64,000 nucleotides of DNA, taken from the NCBI GenBank assembly GCA_951406725.2, contig OX597817.1:72974001-73038000 (forward strand). Direction: 5' to 3'. Below, piece by piece: positions 1-13,347 of the stretch (within the stretch, counting starts at the first letter, position 1; every line of letters begins with the position of its first letter). Below the pieces are notes generated by a model, which saw only the letters and a program-made list of their open reading frames with translations, did not search any database and had not been told where the DNA came from. This DNA is from Octopus vulgaris (taxonomy: Eukaryota). The position numbers and the translations under genes were made by a program.

Positions 1-160
1 AAGTTTTGAATTAAAATCTTCCACCAAACTTTAGTCATGATTTATGCTCTTAACCCTAGCTTAATGATAACTAAATTATTTTACTAAATTCTTTGTTATA
101 TTTAAAATTAATAAAAAGAAACAGAGCATTTCAAAATAAATATGGTAACAAAGGGGTTAA
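1..160. mobile_element. Right end of a piggyBac-like (TTAA) non-autonomous element
   Basis: Ends ...GGTAACAAAGGGGTTAA. Related sequence recurs at about 37520-37745 and 59280-59490. Confidence 0.5.
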
Positions 161-655
161 GGCAGTTTTCTATAGCTGAATGCTCTTTCTGTCACCAACC
201 CTTACTTCTTTCAAGTAAGGCATATTTTACTCTTCTGGTTTTCATGATTAAACTACAGAGCAATTTTGTTTTAGAAGAGAGGAAAATGCTGTTACCAGTT
301 TTTCTCACAATAACAATGTGACAATGCACTGTAACACTCATAGATGTGACAAGCTTCTATACTATTCCCATCTAGAAAATTCCTTTCACAATGCATTGGT
401 TGAAAAACTGTATAATAGAAGGCATTTGCACATGGTGGCATGCAATTATGACAGAAACTAAAACCATGCAGTTCTGAAATGAGTGTGTGTTTCATACTGA
501 AACTGCTTGAAAAATGGTGCTCTGTTTGTACATCCTGTGACTCAGAGATTCAACAAATACAAAATGGTAAAATGTACCAGACTTAAAAAAATAAGTACTG
601 AACTTGATATGAATGACTAAAACCCTTCCAGCTGGTGCCCCAATATGGCTGCAGT

Positions 656-828
656 CACTAGTGTAGCCAGAGGGGGTGCGCAGAGGAGGAGGGGCACCCT
701 GGATGGCACTTTTATGGGGGCGGCACCACTTTTGGGTCTGCTGTAGGCAATATGTATCTTTTTTGGGAGCCTGGGGGTGGAAAGCTAAAGGGCTGCCCCA
801 TGTGGCACGCACTCTAGCTACACTAGTG
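656..828. mobile_element. 173-bp MITE with 8-bp TSD (hAT-type)
   Basis: 17-bp TIR CACTAGTGTAGC(C/T)AGAG with 1 mismatch. Exact TSD GCTGCAGT at 648-655 and 829-836. GC-rich body inserted in a SINE tail. Confidence 0.9.
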
Positions 829-1604
829 GCTGCAGTCCTTTGATTGAAACACAAAGGAATAAAAGACATCTTATGTCTCTGTATGAGTGTGTATGCCTAA
901 ATATGGCTACATTTATTTATATATTTGTTTAGTTTGTTTTATACATTTAAACATTTCTTTAGATTGTTTTGAAAACAAGTGCCCCAGCATGACCAAGTCC
1001 TTGCTGGGGCTCTGTCATACTTACACATAAACATAAATATAAACATATGAGTAAACTGTGTGTGTGTGTGTGTGTGTGTGTGATATGCAAAGAAAATATT
1101 TGTATCAAAGAATTTTTATCAAAAAGTATACCATAGGGAATTATACTTCACAAAAAAAAAATACAAACAAAAAAACATGCAGAAAAAAAATTTGGTCTAG
1201 TGACTAATGAAAAATAAACAAAAGATATACACACGCATATATATATAGAGAGATATATACACACACACACATATATACACATATATATATCCATATATCC
1301 ATATACATATGAAGCACCAGCACACAGCATATCCATCTGTTTTACAATAGACTGCCCAGATCAGGAAGCAGTGATGGGTTGGCTGGTTGTCTGACTTGCA
1401 GACTGACTAATTGAAAGGCTCTTTGAGAACAGCTGACAATGAATAAATAAATAAATAGACAATAAATAAAACATGCTTCCCACTGAATGGAAGAGAGAGA
1501 AAGAGACAGACACTTTTAGTTCCAATGAATGAAAGAATGGTTATGAATGCTGAATGATGATGGTAGTATTAGTAATGGTAAGAAGTAGAACAACAACATG
1601 AATG

Positions 1605-2755
1605 ATTTCCCATCATTGGCACAAGGCCACACACTATGTGGGTGGGGCAACTTTGTCATCCTTCCAGGGTGGTCTGGTCATATGATAAAGTATCAGTCAA
1701 ATAGTGGTAGCCTGTTTAATATTCCTATAAAATATTCTTAAAATGGCGACAGAATTGTAAGATCTCAGTAGAATTTGATCTTAAGAAATATATACTGCAA
1801 GACATTTTATTGGTTACTCTAACCATTCTGCCAATTCCCTGCTCTTATATTAGAATGATAATTTTTTTATGCATTTACTTTGTGAGAGAGAGAGGAGGGA
1901 GAAAGAGAGAGAGAAAGAGTACTTGATTATATCACCTTTGGTATTTGACTGGTACATATTTTATTGACCCTTAGAGGAATTAAAAGGTAAAGTTGAAACT
2001 GGCAAGATTTGAACACACAGAACGTAAAGGTATGCACTATGATGTTCTACCAATTCTGCTAATCTACCAATGACTGTAGTCTTGTAGTGGTAACAACAAC
2101 AATTTCTAATTCGGGCACAAAGCCAGTAGTTTTGAGAGGAGAGGGTTAGCTGATGCTATCAACCATAGTACTTGAGTGCTACTTTATTTCATATATCTTT
2201 GAAGGATGAAATCCAAATTGACCTCACTGAGATTATATTTCAGAATGTAAAGAACCAATAGAAATACCACAAAGCATTTCTTCTAATGCTCTAACAATCC
2301 CTCACCTTTACTAACTGTTTCTGTCATAGACACAGGACCTGAAACTTAGGGAAAGGCTTAAGTTGATACCAATGATCCCAGTATTGAACTAGTACTTAAT
2401 GCTGTAAGTAAGGACAAAAAAACAAAGTTGACTATGATAAGATCTGAACTCTGAATGAAGCTATCCAGAACAATTACTGCATAAGGATTTTTCCCAAACA
2501 CTCTACTGATTCTGCAAATCCATTGCTTATTAGAATAATAAACTTTTCTACTAAAGGCAGAAGGTCTGAAATTTGTGGGGAAGGGGACTAGTTGATTATG
2601 TCAGCCCCAGTGTTTCACTGGTACATAATTTATTGACCCCGAAAGAATGAAAGGCAAAGTTGATCTCAGTGAAATTTGAACTCAGAATGTAAAGATGATC
2701 AAAATGCCACTAAGCATTTTTCCCAGCATGCTAACGATTCTGCCATCTCACTGCT

Positions 2756-2847
<92 letters not shown>

Positions 2848-3125
2848 CTTTCTACTAAAGGCACAGGCCTGAAATTTTGGAGAGAGGAGACTAGTTGATT
2901 ACATCGACCCCAGTATTTCATTGGTATTTAATTTATCGACCCCTAAAGGATAAAAGTAAAGTCGACCTTGGCAGAATTTGAACTCAGAATATAAAGATGG
3001 ACGAAATGTTGCTAAGCATTTTGACTGGTGTGCTTACGGTTCCGCCAGCTCATCGACTTATAATAATAATGATAATAACAATGATGATAATCCTTTCTAC
3101 TACAGGCACAGGGCCTGAAATTTTA
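1605..3125 (-). mobile_element. Head-to-tail array of about 6-7 tRNA-derived SINE copies
   Basis: Repeating ~210-bp unit (TTTCTACT..GGCACAAGGCCTGAAATT..GACCCCAGT..GAAAGGCAAAGTCGACC..ATTTGAACTCAGAA..CTAAGCATTT..TTCTGCCA) at about 1740-1846, 1920-2070, 2102-2310, 2317-2530, 2544-2757, 2848-3059, plus a fragment at 3091-3125. B-box GTTCAAAT on the - strand. Confidence 0.85.
2758..2847. repeat. (AAT)30 microsatellite (SINE tail)
   Basis: Perfect trinucleotide run. Source of the poly-Asn ORF 2695..2898. Confidence 0.97.
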
Positions 3126-3670
3126 GAAGCAGTGTTTTATGGCCAGATACCCTTTTAGTTGCCTTTTACAACATGCCTTTCAGACCAGCAACCACTTTGC
3201 AACATGAACCATGCACTGTATGTAGGTGAAATAAATATCAGAGATGTTTTGCCCTGCGCAGAAACTGTAGGGGCTATGCTACTCATACGTATTGCAAACT
3301 CTTCTTCAGGTGGTAACTAAAGTTATTGGAACATTGGAAATCCTTCCATATCATCAGTAGGTATCTCAAAGATACAAGTCACTGTGTGTATACATTTGAG
3401 TGTGTAAATACAAAATACATAGTTCAATGTTTCAATGTATATACATCTATCTGTATATATAGGAAGCAGAATGAAAATTGTATATATATATCATCATCAT
3501 CATCGTTTAGCGTCTGCTTTCCATGCTAGCATGGGTTATATATATATATGTATGTATATGTATATATAAGAGAGAGATTAGTTTGCCATTCAAATTGTTT
3601 ATATGTGTTATATGGATAAACAAAATTACATTGCTGATACAAAAATTAAAAGCAGGTGAAAACTTGTTAC

Positions 3671-3990
3671 CTAAAATCAATCACTAACCAAACAAGAACT
3701 ACCACAGACTGATCCTTGCTACACTGTTCACAGCAATATATTCTTTCAATTCAGTTCTAAATTATCTATTACAAGTCATGCTAAGCTGTCACAAGGAACA
3801 AAGAAAAAGTTGATCAAATTAACATATGCTTGCTTTTTTGGGTTTTTTAAAAATATTTTCCTTCAATCTTTCTCTCTCATTGGTATGTTTATTTCATCGT
3901 ATTTTAATATTTTTTTATTACTTTAGATATTTCATGACTGAATTTGTTTGGTTTAGAGGGAATAAACAATTTAGAAACTTCATCATCTGC
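3671..3990 (-). other. Candidate exon of the - strand transcript
   Basis: On - strand: branch point GACTAAC, then TCATTGTTTTCTAG acceptor before 3990. One frame reads ADDEVSKLFIPSKPNKFSHEISKVIKKY*. Possible donor TAG|GTAACA at 3671. Confidence 0.35.
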
Positions 3991-4591
3991 CTAGAAAACA
4001 ATGACTAAGTTAGTCTATTTAATGAGTGGATATTATATATTAACTGGGAACAAATAAAAGGCAATGGAAAAAACAAAAACTAAAAAAAAACAACACTAAA
4101 AATGACATTATTAGCATTAGGAAAGGCATCCAGCCATAGAAACCAAGTCAAGGCAAACAATAGAGCACAATGCTGTCTTTGGACTCAGGGGATCCTATGA
4201 AACCATCCAACATGGAATATGGATGTGAAATGATGATGAACAACTATTGACCAATTTTTTTAAATGTATGAATCTAGTGGACAATTTACTGGGTCTACAT
4301 CAGAAGACTAAAAACAAGTTCAGCCCTCACAGAATTTGAATCCTGAACATGAAGGCACTAAACTAGATAGTATCTACACTTGAATTTCAACTCATATAGC
4401 CATCTCCATCACCTTACATGATCATTAAAAATTTATGGATAATGATTAAGAACAATGAATTTAGAAAAAAATTAATGCTCCTACTAATTAGTCTTAAAAA
4501 ATAAGATGACACAATTAGGTATTTACATACAATTCTCTGTGTGTGTATATATAGATGCACAAAAGTGTATAAACACAGAAAAGAGTGTATG

Positions 4592-5190
<599 letters not shown>

Positions 5191-5697
5191 GAAAAAATTT
5201 ATATGATTCCTTAAAGGGAGGTTCAGGGCAGACACATCTAACACTGAGTAGAAAATGACAGATATAAGAAAGAAAAAGAAAAAACTGAAGCAGATTTATT
5301 ATTCACATGCAAAACAAATGGGGGCAAAGAGTTAGATGATCACTAAAAACTAACTAAACCTTCAAAACTGCACAAGGTTTTGTTGTCTGTCCTATTTATG
5401 GTTTAACTATTTTCTCTTTTACTTTCACACATTTTTTTTTTATAAAGCCATTTAGCCTTAAAGCTCACATTCTTTACATTTATGACATGTATGAGAGTAA
5501 ACTGGACACTATTTAGAGAAGAATGTTACTGTTGTTGCAGTGGTGAAGGTGATGGTGGTGTTGGAGGAGATTACACCTGGACTAGTCCGTGATTGAACAG
5601 ATATGCAATCAGTGATGTCTCAGTTATGAAAATCAAGGAGTTTTCCTTCCAGCTCTGCTGCACAGTGTATATAAAATTTCACTTTCACTTGCAAATG

Positions 5698-6270
5698 TAG
5701 TGGTTCTCAAACAGAGCACTGCAAAGGATATCTAGTTATTAACATAGTTTTTTTTTTTTTTTTTCAAGAATATAAATTCAGGCTGTAGAAAAATGTATAC
5801 TAATGCTTAAGTATCTTGTTCATCACATTATTCATTATTTTAATGTAAGCAAGTCATCGTCATTTAATGTCTGTTTTACATGCTGGCATGGGTTGGACAG
5901 TTTGACAGGATCCAGTGAGCTGCAACGCTGCACTGTGCACCATGTCAGCTTTGGCATAGTTTCTAAGCTTGGATACCCTTTTTAATGCCAACCACTTTAC
6001 CGTGTGGGCTGGGTGCTTTTTTCATTCCACAGCACTAATGAGGTTGTCAAGTAATTTGTAAGTCAGGAAAGAACAAGAAACAGGACAAAAGAGAAAAATC
6101 CCACTTCAACTAAGTGGGAGGAGGGGGTTTCTGAACAAAGTATTAGCTTTCAATATTTTTTGCAAATCTTCAACTTTAAAATATAACTTTGTTAAGCTTT
6201 CCATATGAAGTGTGGCGAATAAATATAGAATTCAATCTCCAGGAAAAGTCAAAAAGACTGAGGACCACTG
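5698..6270. mobile_element. Degenerate hAT-Charlie-like MITE with a nested RTE-type 3' tail (~5853-6060, - strand)
   Basis: Ends TAGTGGTTCTCAA and TGAGGACCACTG are imperfect inverted repeats. TSD is degraded. Confidence 0.5.
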
Positions 6271-6299
6271 AATTAATGTTTTCTGTTCTTTTTTAAGAG

Positions 6300-6730
6300 G
6301 ATAAGGTTAAAAAAAAAAGTGTTGATCACTCAAAGTGGATGGAGCTCACAGAAGAGGGAAAACTAGGAAGATATGGGATGAAGTATTGAAGAACTATCTC
6401 AGGATGCTGAACCAGAAGACCAAGATATCTGGTACCTTGCTGTACTCAAGAAGATCATCCTCCACCACAGAAGTGTTAATCCTGCTCCCACTGCTAAAGA
6501 GGATTGGTCTGCAAGAGCTATGTGCTGGCACCATATAAAAAGCACCAGTGCCAGTGTCACATAAAAAGCACCCAGCACACTCTGTAAAGTGGTTGGTGTC
6601 AGAAAGGGCATCTAACCATAGAAACCAAGCCAAATCAAACTGGAACGTAGCGTAGCTTTCCTGCTTGCCAGCTCTAGTCAAAACATCCAATCCATATCAG
6701 CATGGAAAACGGACAGTAAAGGATGACAAT
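6300..6730 (+). mobile_element. RTE-clade LINE 3' end (ORF2 C-terminus plus 3' UTR)
   Basis: Translation VDGAHRRGKTRKIWDEVLKNYLRML matches the RTE C-terminal motif G.R.RGRPRKTW.EVV..DL. It is followed by the AAAAGCACCC..GAAGGGCATC..CAGCATGGAAA 3' UTR seen throughout the window. Confidence 0.75.
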
Positions 6731-8251
6731 GTTGAAGATGTGACCTCAGAGAGATTTGGCTGTTTTTTCTCATAGGATGAATGACCACACAGACGCTCTT
6801 TCATTGGCTTGTTGATGTTCTTTAGCTCCGGGCCAGGCTTGATTGAAAACATTCTAATTGGGATTATGCAGCATATCTACAAAGAACTGCAATATGTAAG
6901 ACAGATGGTAGCATATGGTCAGAAGAAGATTTATTGGTTATTTTTAGCAAGTTGAGTAACTATATATAGACTTCTTTATTGTTGTGCAGTGCAGTTAGCT
7001 ATGCGCACAGACACTATTTACAGTGGCTGATAGTTGTCTAACAGGAGCTGACAATATGATAAAAGCCAGAGAGACTTAGTGTGAGATCTATTGACAGGCA
7101 ACTCTTCACAATTTGCTGTAAAATATTAGGCTTTTCAAATATTCATGAAGATATGCAATCAATCATGTTTCTCTTCATTCTACATGTAAAACAGAAACAC
7201 AGGCTAGAACCAGTCCAATATATAGCATGGGCGCAAGTATGATTGTGTGGTTAATAAGTTTGGTTTGAAACTAAGTGGTTCAAGATTCAATCTTTCTATG
7301 TTGCTTCTTAGTTAAAAATCTATTAAAGCCTTGAGTCAACCAAACCAACTGAGTGAAATTTAGTAGAATAAAATCATGTTGAAGCTCATTCATCATATGG
7401 TTGTGTACACACATGCACATGTACATATCTACATCTAAATATGCCTCTATATACAAACAAGAGTATATATAGATGCACAAATATATATAATCATATACAT
7501 ACCTATACACACCAATATATAATGCATATGAGCATTCTTATACACACACACACACACACATATATATGAAACCCAATGCGTGAGAAAATTTGGCTGTGTG
7601 ATGGCAATCATGAATGTAAAGAATGAACAAAATTACTTACCAGAAACAGAACAAATGAAAATTTAGCTCATCAGCTATCTTGCTAAGGATTATAGCAGTT
7701 TTGACACCTTAAGATAGAACTGTTACCTTTGTGGTGTTAGTAAACATGCAGCTGGCATAACAAAATGAAAGAAATCCTTCAATTACTGAGATTGCCAACA
7801 AGCTTACTTCTTGTATTCAAGAACATACATACTATCATTTATTTATTTCCAATGATTTGTTATTTGAATTTAACACTTGCTGCACCATCATTTAAAGAAA
7901 GAGCCAATGAAGTGCTGTTGTGAGGCACAAGACATAAGTAGACGATGGCAATGGAGGTGGTGGCGGCATCACTGCCACCAATGACAATGAAAACAACAAC
8001 AAAATGATAATAATAATAATAAAACAACCAATTTACAAATTAACAACAATGGAGTCCTTATTGTAGTCATCCAATTTTTTAAAGACAATATCAACACTAA
8101 AAACATAACATTCTGTTATCTTTAAAAAAGATACACTAGATATTGTAGTCTTAAATATACTATGTTCCAAAATAACAGATAGAATTATTAAAGCTGGAAT
8201 GACTTAGATAAAAGATCTGTTCTATCTGGCTTAACAACAAAATATTCAACA

Positions 8252-8294
<43 letters not shown>

Positions 8295-8582
8295 AGAATA
8301 ATATTACATGAGGATGAAGGATTTCGGGCTTTAAAAGTATAACACAACATTTGTATCTGCACTGCACGCCAGCTTTAAGTTGTTGAGTTTATAATCATAT
8401 ATACCATTATAGAAGATCATTCTTTATAATTATAGTTGAACATTTTTCAGCAACAGACATGTGTGAGTGCTTCATCAGGTGTAATATTAGAGCTCTCAAA
8501 TGCATGTTACAAGGATTTTGACCCTATCATGGCTACTACTAAACCATGGTCGAACTTTTTACAATTATCAGATACCCTGTAT

Positions 8583-8788
8583 TTAACCCTTTAGCATTTA
8601 AACTGGCCATATCTGGCCAAAATATTCTACCTGCTTTGAGTTCAAATTGGCCAGTTCTGGCCTCTCATACCTACCCTACTATGTCATTCTAAAAATAAAC
8701 ACTCACATCATCCAAATCTTGGAGTTATAAGATAATTTGATTAACAATGTGGATAAATAAGCCTTACATTTGAATGGTAAAGGATTAA
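8583..8788. mobile_element. piggyBac-like MITE (TTAA ends)
   Basis: TTAACCCTTTAGCATT ... AATGGTAAAGGATTAA. A second copy lies at about 35582-35803. Confidence 0.7.
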
Positions 8789-8896
8789 TAAATATTCTAC
8801 TCTACAGGCAAATGTATTGAGTCCTACATTGAGTGAATGGCCTCTCTAATCCCTGCATTAAAGTAACTATTGTCGCATTGTATTGTGTAAGAGGAA

Positions 8897-9070
8897 AAGG
8901 AGGCAAGCTGACAAAATCATTAGCACTTTCTCTGACACTTTACATTCTGAGTTCAAATGCTAGAGATTGATTTTTCATTTCTTCCTTTCAGGGTTGATAA
9001 AATAAGCACCAGTCAAGAACTGGGGTCAATGTAATCAAATTCTCCCTCCCCTCAAAATTAGAAAGAATTA
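8897..9070 (+). mobile_element. tRNA-derived SINE (same family as the 1.6-3.1 kb array)
   Basis: AAGGAGGCAAGCTGACAAAATCATTAGCAC..TTCTGAGTTCAAAT..CCTTTCAGGGTTGATAAAATAAGCACCAG..TGGGGTCAAT. Confidence 0.75.
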
Positions 9071-11278
9071 TTTTATCAGTGGCTAAGTATTCCATAGACA
9101 TCTTTTAGATATAATTCTCAGACAGGCTTAACTTGACAATTTTGGGGACAAAACAGGCCTTTTGAGTAACAGGTACAGTCCATACAATAAGCTTCTACAC
9201 ATTTTCTGTCTAACCAATTTCACTTTCAAAACTCGAGTCTATTTGAAACTAAAGCAGAAAAAGCTTGTCCAGCGTGACAACACAATTTCATAGAACTTGC
9301 AAGCTATGATTGCAGAGCAAACTGTTTCACCATTCATTCAAACATGCCTGTACCCACACACACACACAGTCAAGCTCATAGCATTCTTTCAAATTATTAT
9401 AATTATACTTGCAAATGTAGTCAAGAAGATAAAAATACATTATAGGCCAAGTACAAGCAGTTAAATATATCCTATCACCATAACAAAGTATTTAATGTCT
9501 ATTTTACCATTTTCCACATGTTCAGGCATCCGTTTTATTGAGTCAATGATATGTAAAAGCTAAATCTTATGTTTTTTGAAGTATTTCTCCCCCCACGCTC
9601 ACTCTCTTTAAGTGTTCTGTGCATCAAACAAATATGACTGTGTGCGTGTGTTATACACATGCACATACACACACATAAACATGAAAAATAAACAGAATGA
9701 ATGGACATATATAAACACGCATACACATGTACAGACACATATACATACATAGCGATCATAGTGAATAAATTAACTACAAGGCAAAGCGTAAATCAAAATA
9801 TAAATGAAAGCAACAACAAAACAAACACAATGACAGATTCAACTAGCACTCTAACACGATACTTTTGATCTTCATTGCAGAAGAATCTCTCTCTCTCTCC
9901 AATGGAAAATACTAATACTGGTAGAGTGGGGGGAGGGGGAGGAATAAACTTCATGGTAATTAAAATGTTCATACAAATAAAGGTGGATCTAAAACAATTT
10001 TATACAGTCAACTTATTTATATTTTCTTTTCAAAAGGTCAGGCACGAAGTTCTGCAGGAGCAAGCATGAAAGAGCTTTCTTAACAAACAGTCAGCTCATA
10101 TTTTGAAAATGCTTTAGCTCAGTCAAAATGACCTCTCTCTCTTTCTTGTCCTTTTCAACTCTTAAAAAGAAGTCTTTATTAGTTATTATTTTAAAGACAT
10201 TTTTAAAACTACTATCAGGATATTAACTCAGTTGAAACAGTAGAATCATCATCATCATCATCATTTAATGTCCATTTTCCATGCTGTCATGGGGTGGACG
10301 GTTTGATGAGCCACAGGACAACACCATGCTCTAAGTTAGTTTTGGCTGCCCCTCCTAACACTAACCTCTGTACAGTAGTGTGTACTGGATGCTTCTTACA
10401 TGATCACTAGTAAGGTTACCAAGTAATGTGCAAGACAGGAAAGAACAAGAAAAGGGAAAAACAGAAAAAAACTCTTTCAGTAAGTGGGGAAGAGGGGAGT
10501 GGCTTTATACCAGGGATAAGCAGAAGTATCTTGCTATAGAGAATATCTCTACCCCACATTATATAAAAGCAGATGGGAATATCTGGGAAAAAGATAAGAT
10601 GGTAGTAATGGGTGTACCAGAGCAAAAGTCTCAAGAAGCAAGAGATGATACAGGCAGAGGATCTGGAGGATGGAGTGAAGTATAAATTTCTAATTAATTT
10701 TGATTTAATTGAAGAAAGAGGCTATTGTTTGCAAGTATTTTGCTGCATATTTGGGCAGTTCACTTAATTCCATATGCACTACTTCACTGTTAGGAGTAAG
10801 TACCAAATCATTAAAGTGTATATTCATTTCTTCTCTATTTAATATCATGAGTAAAAGGAAAGTACATATCCTTACCCCATTGCACCAAGCTTAGCTGGTG
10901 TTTTGTTAAAAGCCACCACTTTTTACTCAAAGTGAATCTGGTTCAATTATGTATATGCCAGACATCTGCTCAATCAAGGTTGATTTGCAGCTTAACAACA
11001 ACAACAACGAGTTAATGTAATTCATTGGAACTTACTTTCAAGATGTTAAACAGTTGAAAGTTTTTTATATCCCATTGCTTGGACAGAACACTAATTTACT
11101 TATTCACAGGTTTGGTTCATGGTAGGATCTACAACTAATCACTACAAGCTAACAAAATAATCTTTAGTTTCATAGAACTCCTGCAGGCTATAGCAGTATG
11201 CTATTTGGGTTTCCCCACCAGCCTACAGTGGAGATATTGCAAGCAGATTCTGTTCTGCTTAAAAAAGTAGAAAGTTAC

Positions 11279-11501
11279 TTTTATATCCTTGTATTTGACA
11301 TATAATATAATGAAGCAGAAGGGAAGAAAGTATATACATGAAACACTATTATTACTATTACACGAGACTCAACACTCTATATCAAAGGCACATGGTGAAC
11401 TACTACCAACACAAACTGCCAATTGCTGACAGTTTTTGTTTCATAACAATGAGTCAGTTCACCTTTAGTCACTTGGGGGTGGTCAGAATCCTTCCACAAC
11501 A
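11279..11501 (-). repeat. 3' LTR (223 bp)
   Basis: Begins TGTTG directly after the PPT, ends ...GGATATAAAA at the TSD, and aligns with 13833-13992. Confidence 0.9.
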
Positions 11502-11899
11502 TCTCCCCTATCTTCTCTTTTGAGAACTGAACTCTGCTCTGAGTTTTAATCTCTCTTATGTTTAGAGTTCAATTCCAGTGTTTCTGTTCTTTTCCATTTT
11601 CTGGTGCTAGAACATGCAGTTTCAAATTGTTTGGGTGTTGGTACCTCAAACATGATGTACAATACTTCCAAAGGGATTTCATTTCTCATGACTGCTTTTT
11701 CTGTGAATCTTTTCTTTAGCTGGTTAATCTCTTTTGTATTCGACATTTTCCCCTTTTACCAGGAATATCATTCTTCCAATTTGTTTAATTATTACACCAA
11801 CCTCCCAGCTTTCTTTACTATATCTAGAGATTAAAAAAAAAAAAAACTTTGTCACCTAACTTAAAGAATTTTGAAGTAATTTTGTTGTTCGCCTTTTTT

Positions 11900-12520
11900 A
11901 TTATTTTCACTCAGTATCAGCTTATCAAATAGAGATCTGACTTTTCTAGCAAACATCAACTCTGCAGGTGACATTCCTCAAAGTGTATTTGGATTTGGTG
12001 TTACTCAGTACAATCTTAGAAATTGTTGAAGTGCAAAATCGTCCATAACTTCATTGTTTGCCTTTTTTAACACCCTCTTCAAAGTGTCAACAAAACCTAG
12101 GACGAAATGGTGACATGTTCAATAACAAACATTTTGCAAAATTTTCTGAACTTGTTTGATGTAAATTGAGTTTCATTATCTGATACAATGGTATCTGGAA
12201 TACTATACCTGGTGAACAATTTGTGTAAAAAGCTTATTGTAACCACAGATGTCGGCTTTTTACATTTATGCACTTCTGGCCACTTTTTGGCCATGGTTGT
12301 GATTTAGCGGTAGGTGATTTTGCAGCTAAAGCACACCCTCTGCATGATTTCGCAGCCCATTGTTGGCCAATATACAATATATTCAATGTCACAGTCCACT
12401 GTTGGCCAATATAAGTAACTTCTCATTAATGATTTCATTCTTGAAATCCCTAGATGATCCATATGAAATTCCTTTAACAATTGCTTTTGTAGTGTGGCTA
12501 GCACTAGGACTCTTTGTGCA
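11900..12520 (-). pseudogene. Gypsy integrase remnant (H2C2 zinc finger plus rve core)
   Basis: LLKEFHMDHLGISRMKSLMRSYLYWP and KWPEV...LFTRYSIPDTIVSDNETQFTS. Contains frameshifts and deletions. Confidence 0.88.
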
Positions 12521-12779
12521 TACATCAACACAGTCACACAGTGAGAAATGGTTTGCATTTGTGTTGTGCATATTTTTATCCCTTCTAGTCTTTTTATGCC
12601 TTGTAAAGTAACTGGCAGTTCACAAATGACATTACACAAAACATTTTTATTTTATTTTCCACTTGCAAAGCGGCCATCATGGTATCTTCATTTTTCGAAA
12701 TCAGTCTTGATAGACAATCCGCATGACCTAGTTTCTTGGATGGTATATACTCCATCTTGAAATCATAATTTAATAATAT

Positions 12780-13270
12780 CGTACCCCAGCATTGTAATCT
12801 ATTAGCAGTATGGGTAAGAATTCCTTTTTCAACCCAAATATTGATAATAATGGACGGTGATCAGTCTGTAGATGAAAACTTCTAACATGCAAAAATCTGT
12901 GAAATTTTTCATGATAAAAATGATCACTAGTGCTTCTTTTTGATTTGACTATAATTTTTCTCTGCTGATATCAGAGAACATGAGGCATGAACCACCATCT
13001 TCATGTTATCATCTTTACATTTATGTAGCATTACTGCTCCTATACCATACACAGAAGCATCTGAAGCTACAACAATCACTGCTGCAGGATTGAAGTGAGC
13101 TAATGACAAATCAGATATTAATATTTAATTAAATTGCCTTTTGGCAATTTTCTGACTAATTCCATTTCATATCTTTTTTCAGCAGATTATTCAGTGGAAC
13201 CCTCGCCTTATCAATGTTTGGAATATAATTTTGGTAGTAATTTGCCAATCTTAAAATGTTGTAAGGTCAC
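12780..13270 (-). pseudogene. Gypsy RT connection plus RNase H remnant
   Basis: LANYYQNYIPN..PLNNLLKKD.KW, then LAHFNP..IVVASDASVYGIGAVM..HASCSL..AEKNYSQI, then TDHRPL. Confidence 0.88.
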
Positions 13271-13347
13271 TGTCTTCCTGGGTCTACCTCTTCCACAAGT
13301 TCCCTCTACTGCTAGAGTGTGACACTTTTTCACACAGGTGTCCTCAT
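13271..13347 (-). mobile_element. 77-bp internal RTE-LINE fragment inside the Gypsy pol
   Basis: Encodes EDTCVKKCHTLAVEGTCGRGRPRKT, an RTE ORF2 C-terminal motif (compare 6335-6410). No tail and no TSD. Confidence 0.8.

Noticed and set aside
492-869. 125-aa ORF
   Set aside because: It spans a GC-rich MITE and a SINE tail and has no protein motif.
2695-2898. Poly-Asn ORF
   Set aside because: It is the (AAT)n tail between two SINEs.
1605-3125. Regularly spaced repeats that might suggest a CRISPR-like array
   Set aside because: The units are ~210-bp diverged SINEs without unique spacers, the context is eukaryotic and there are no cas genes.
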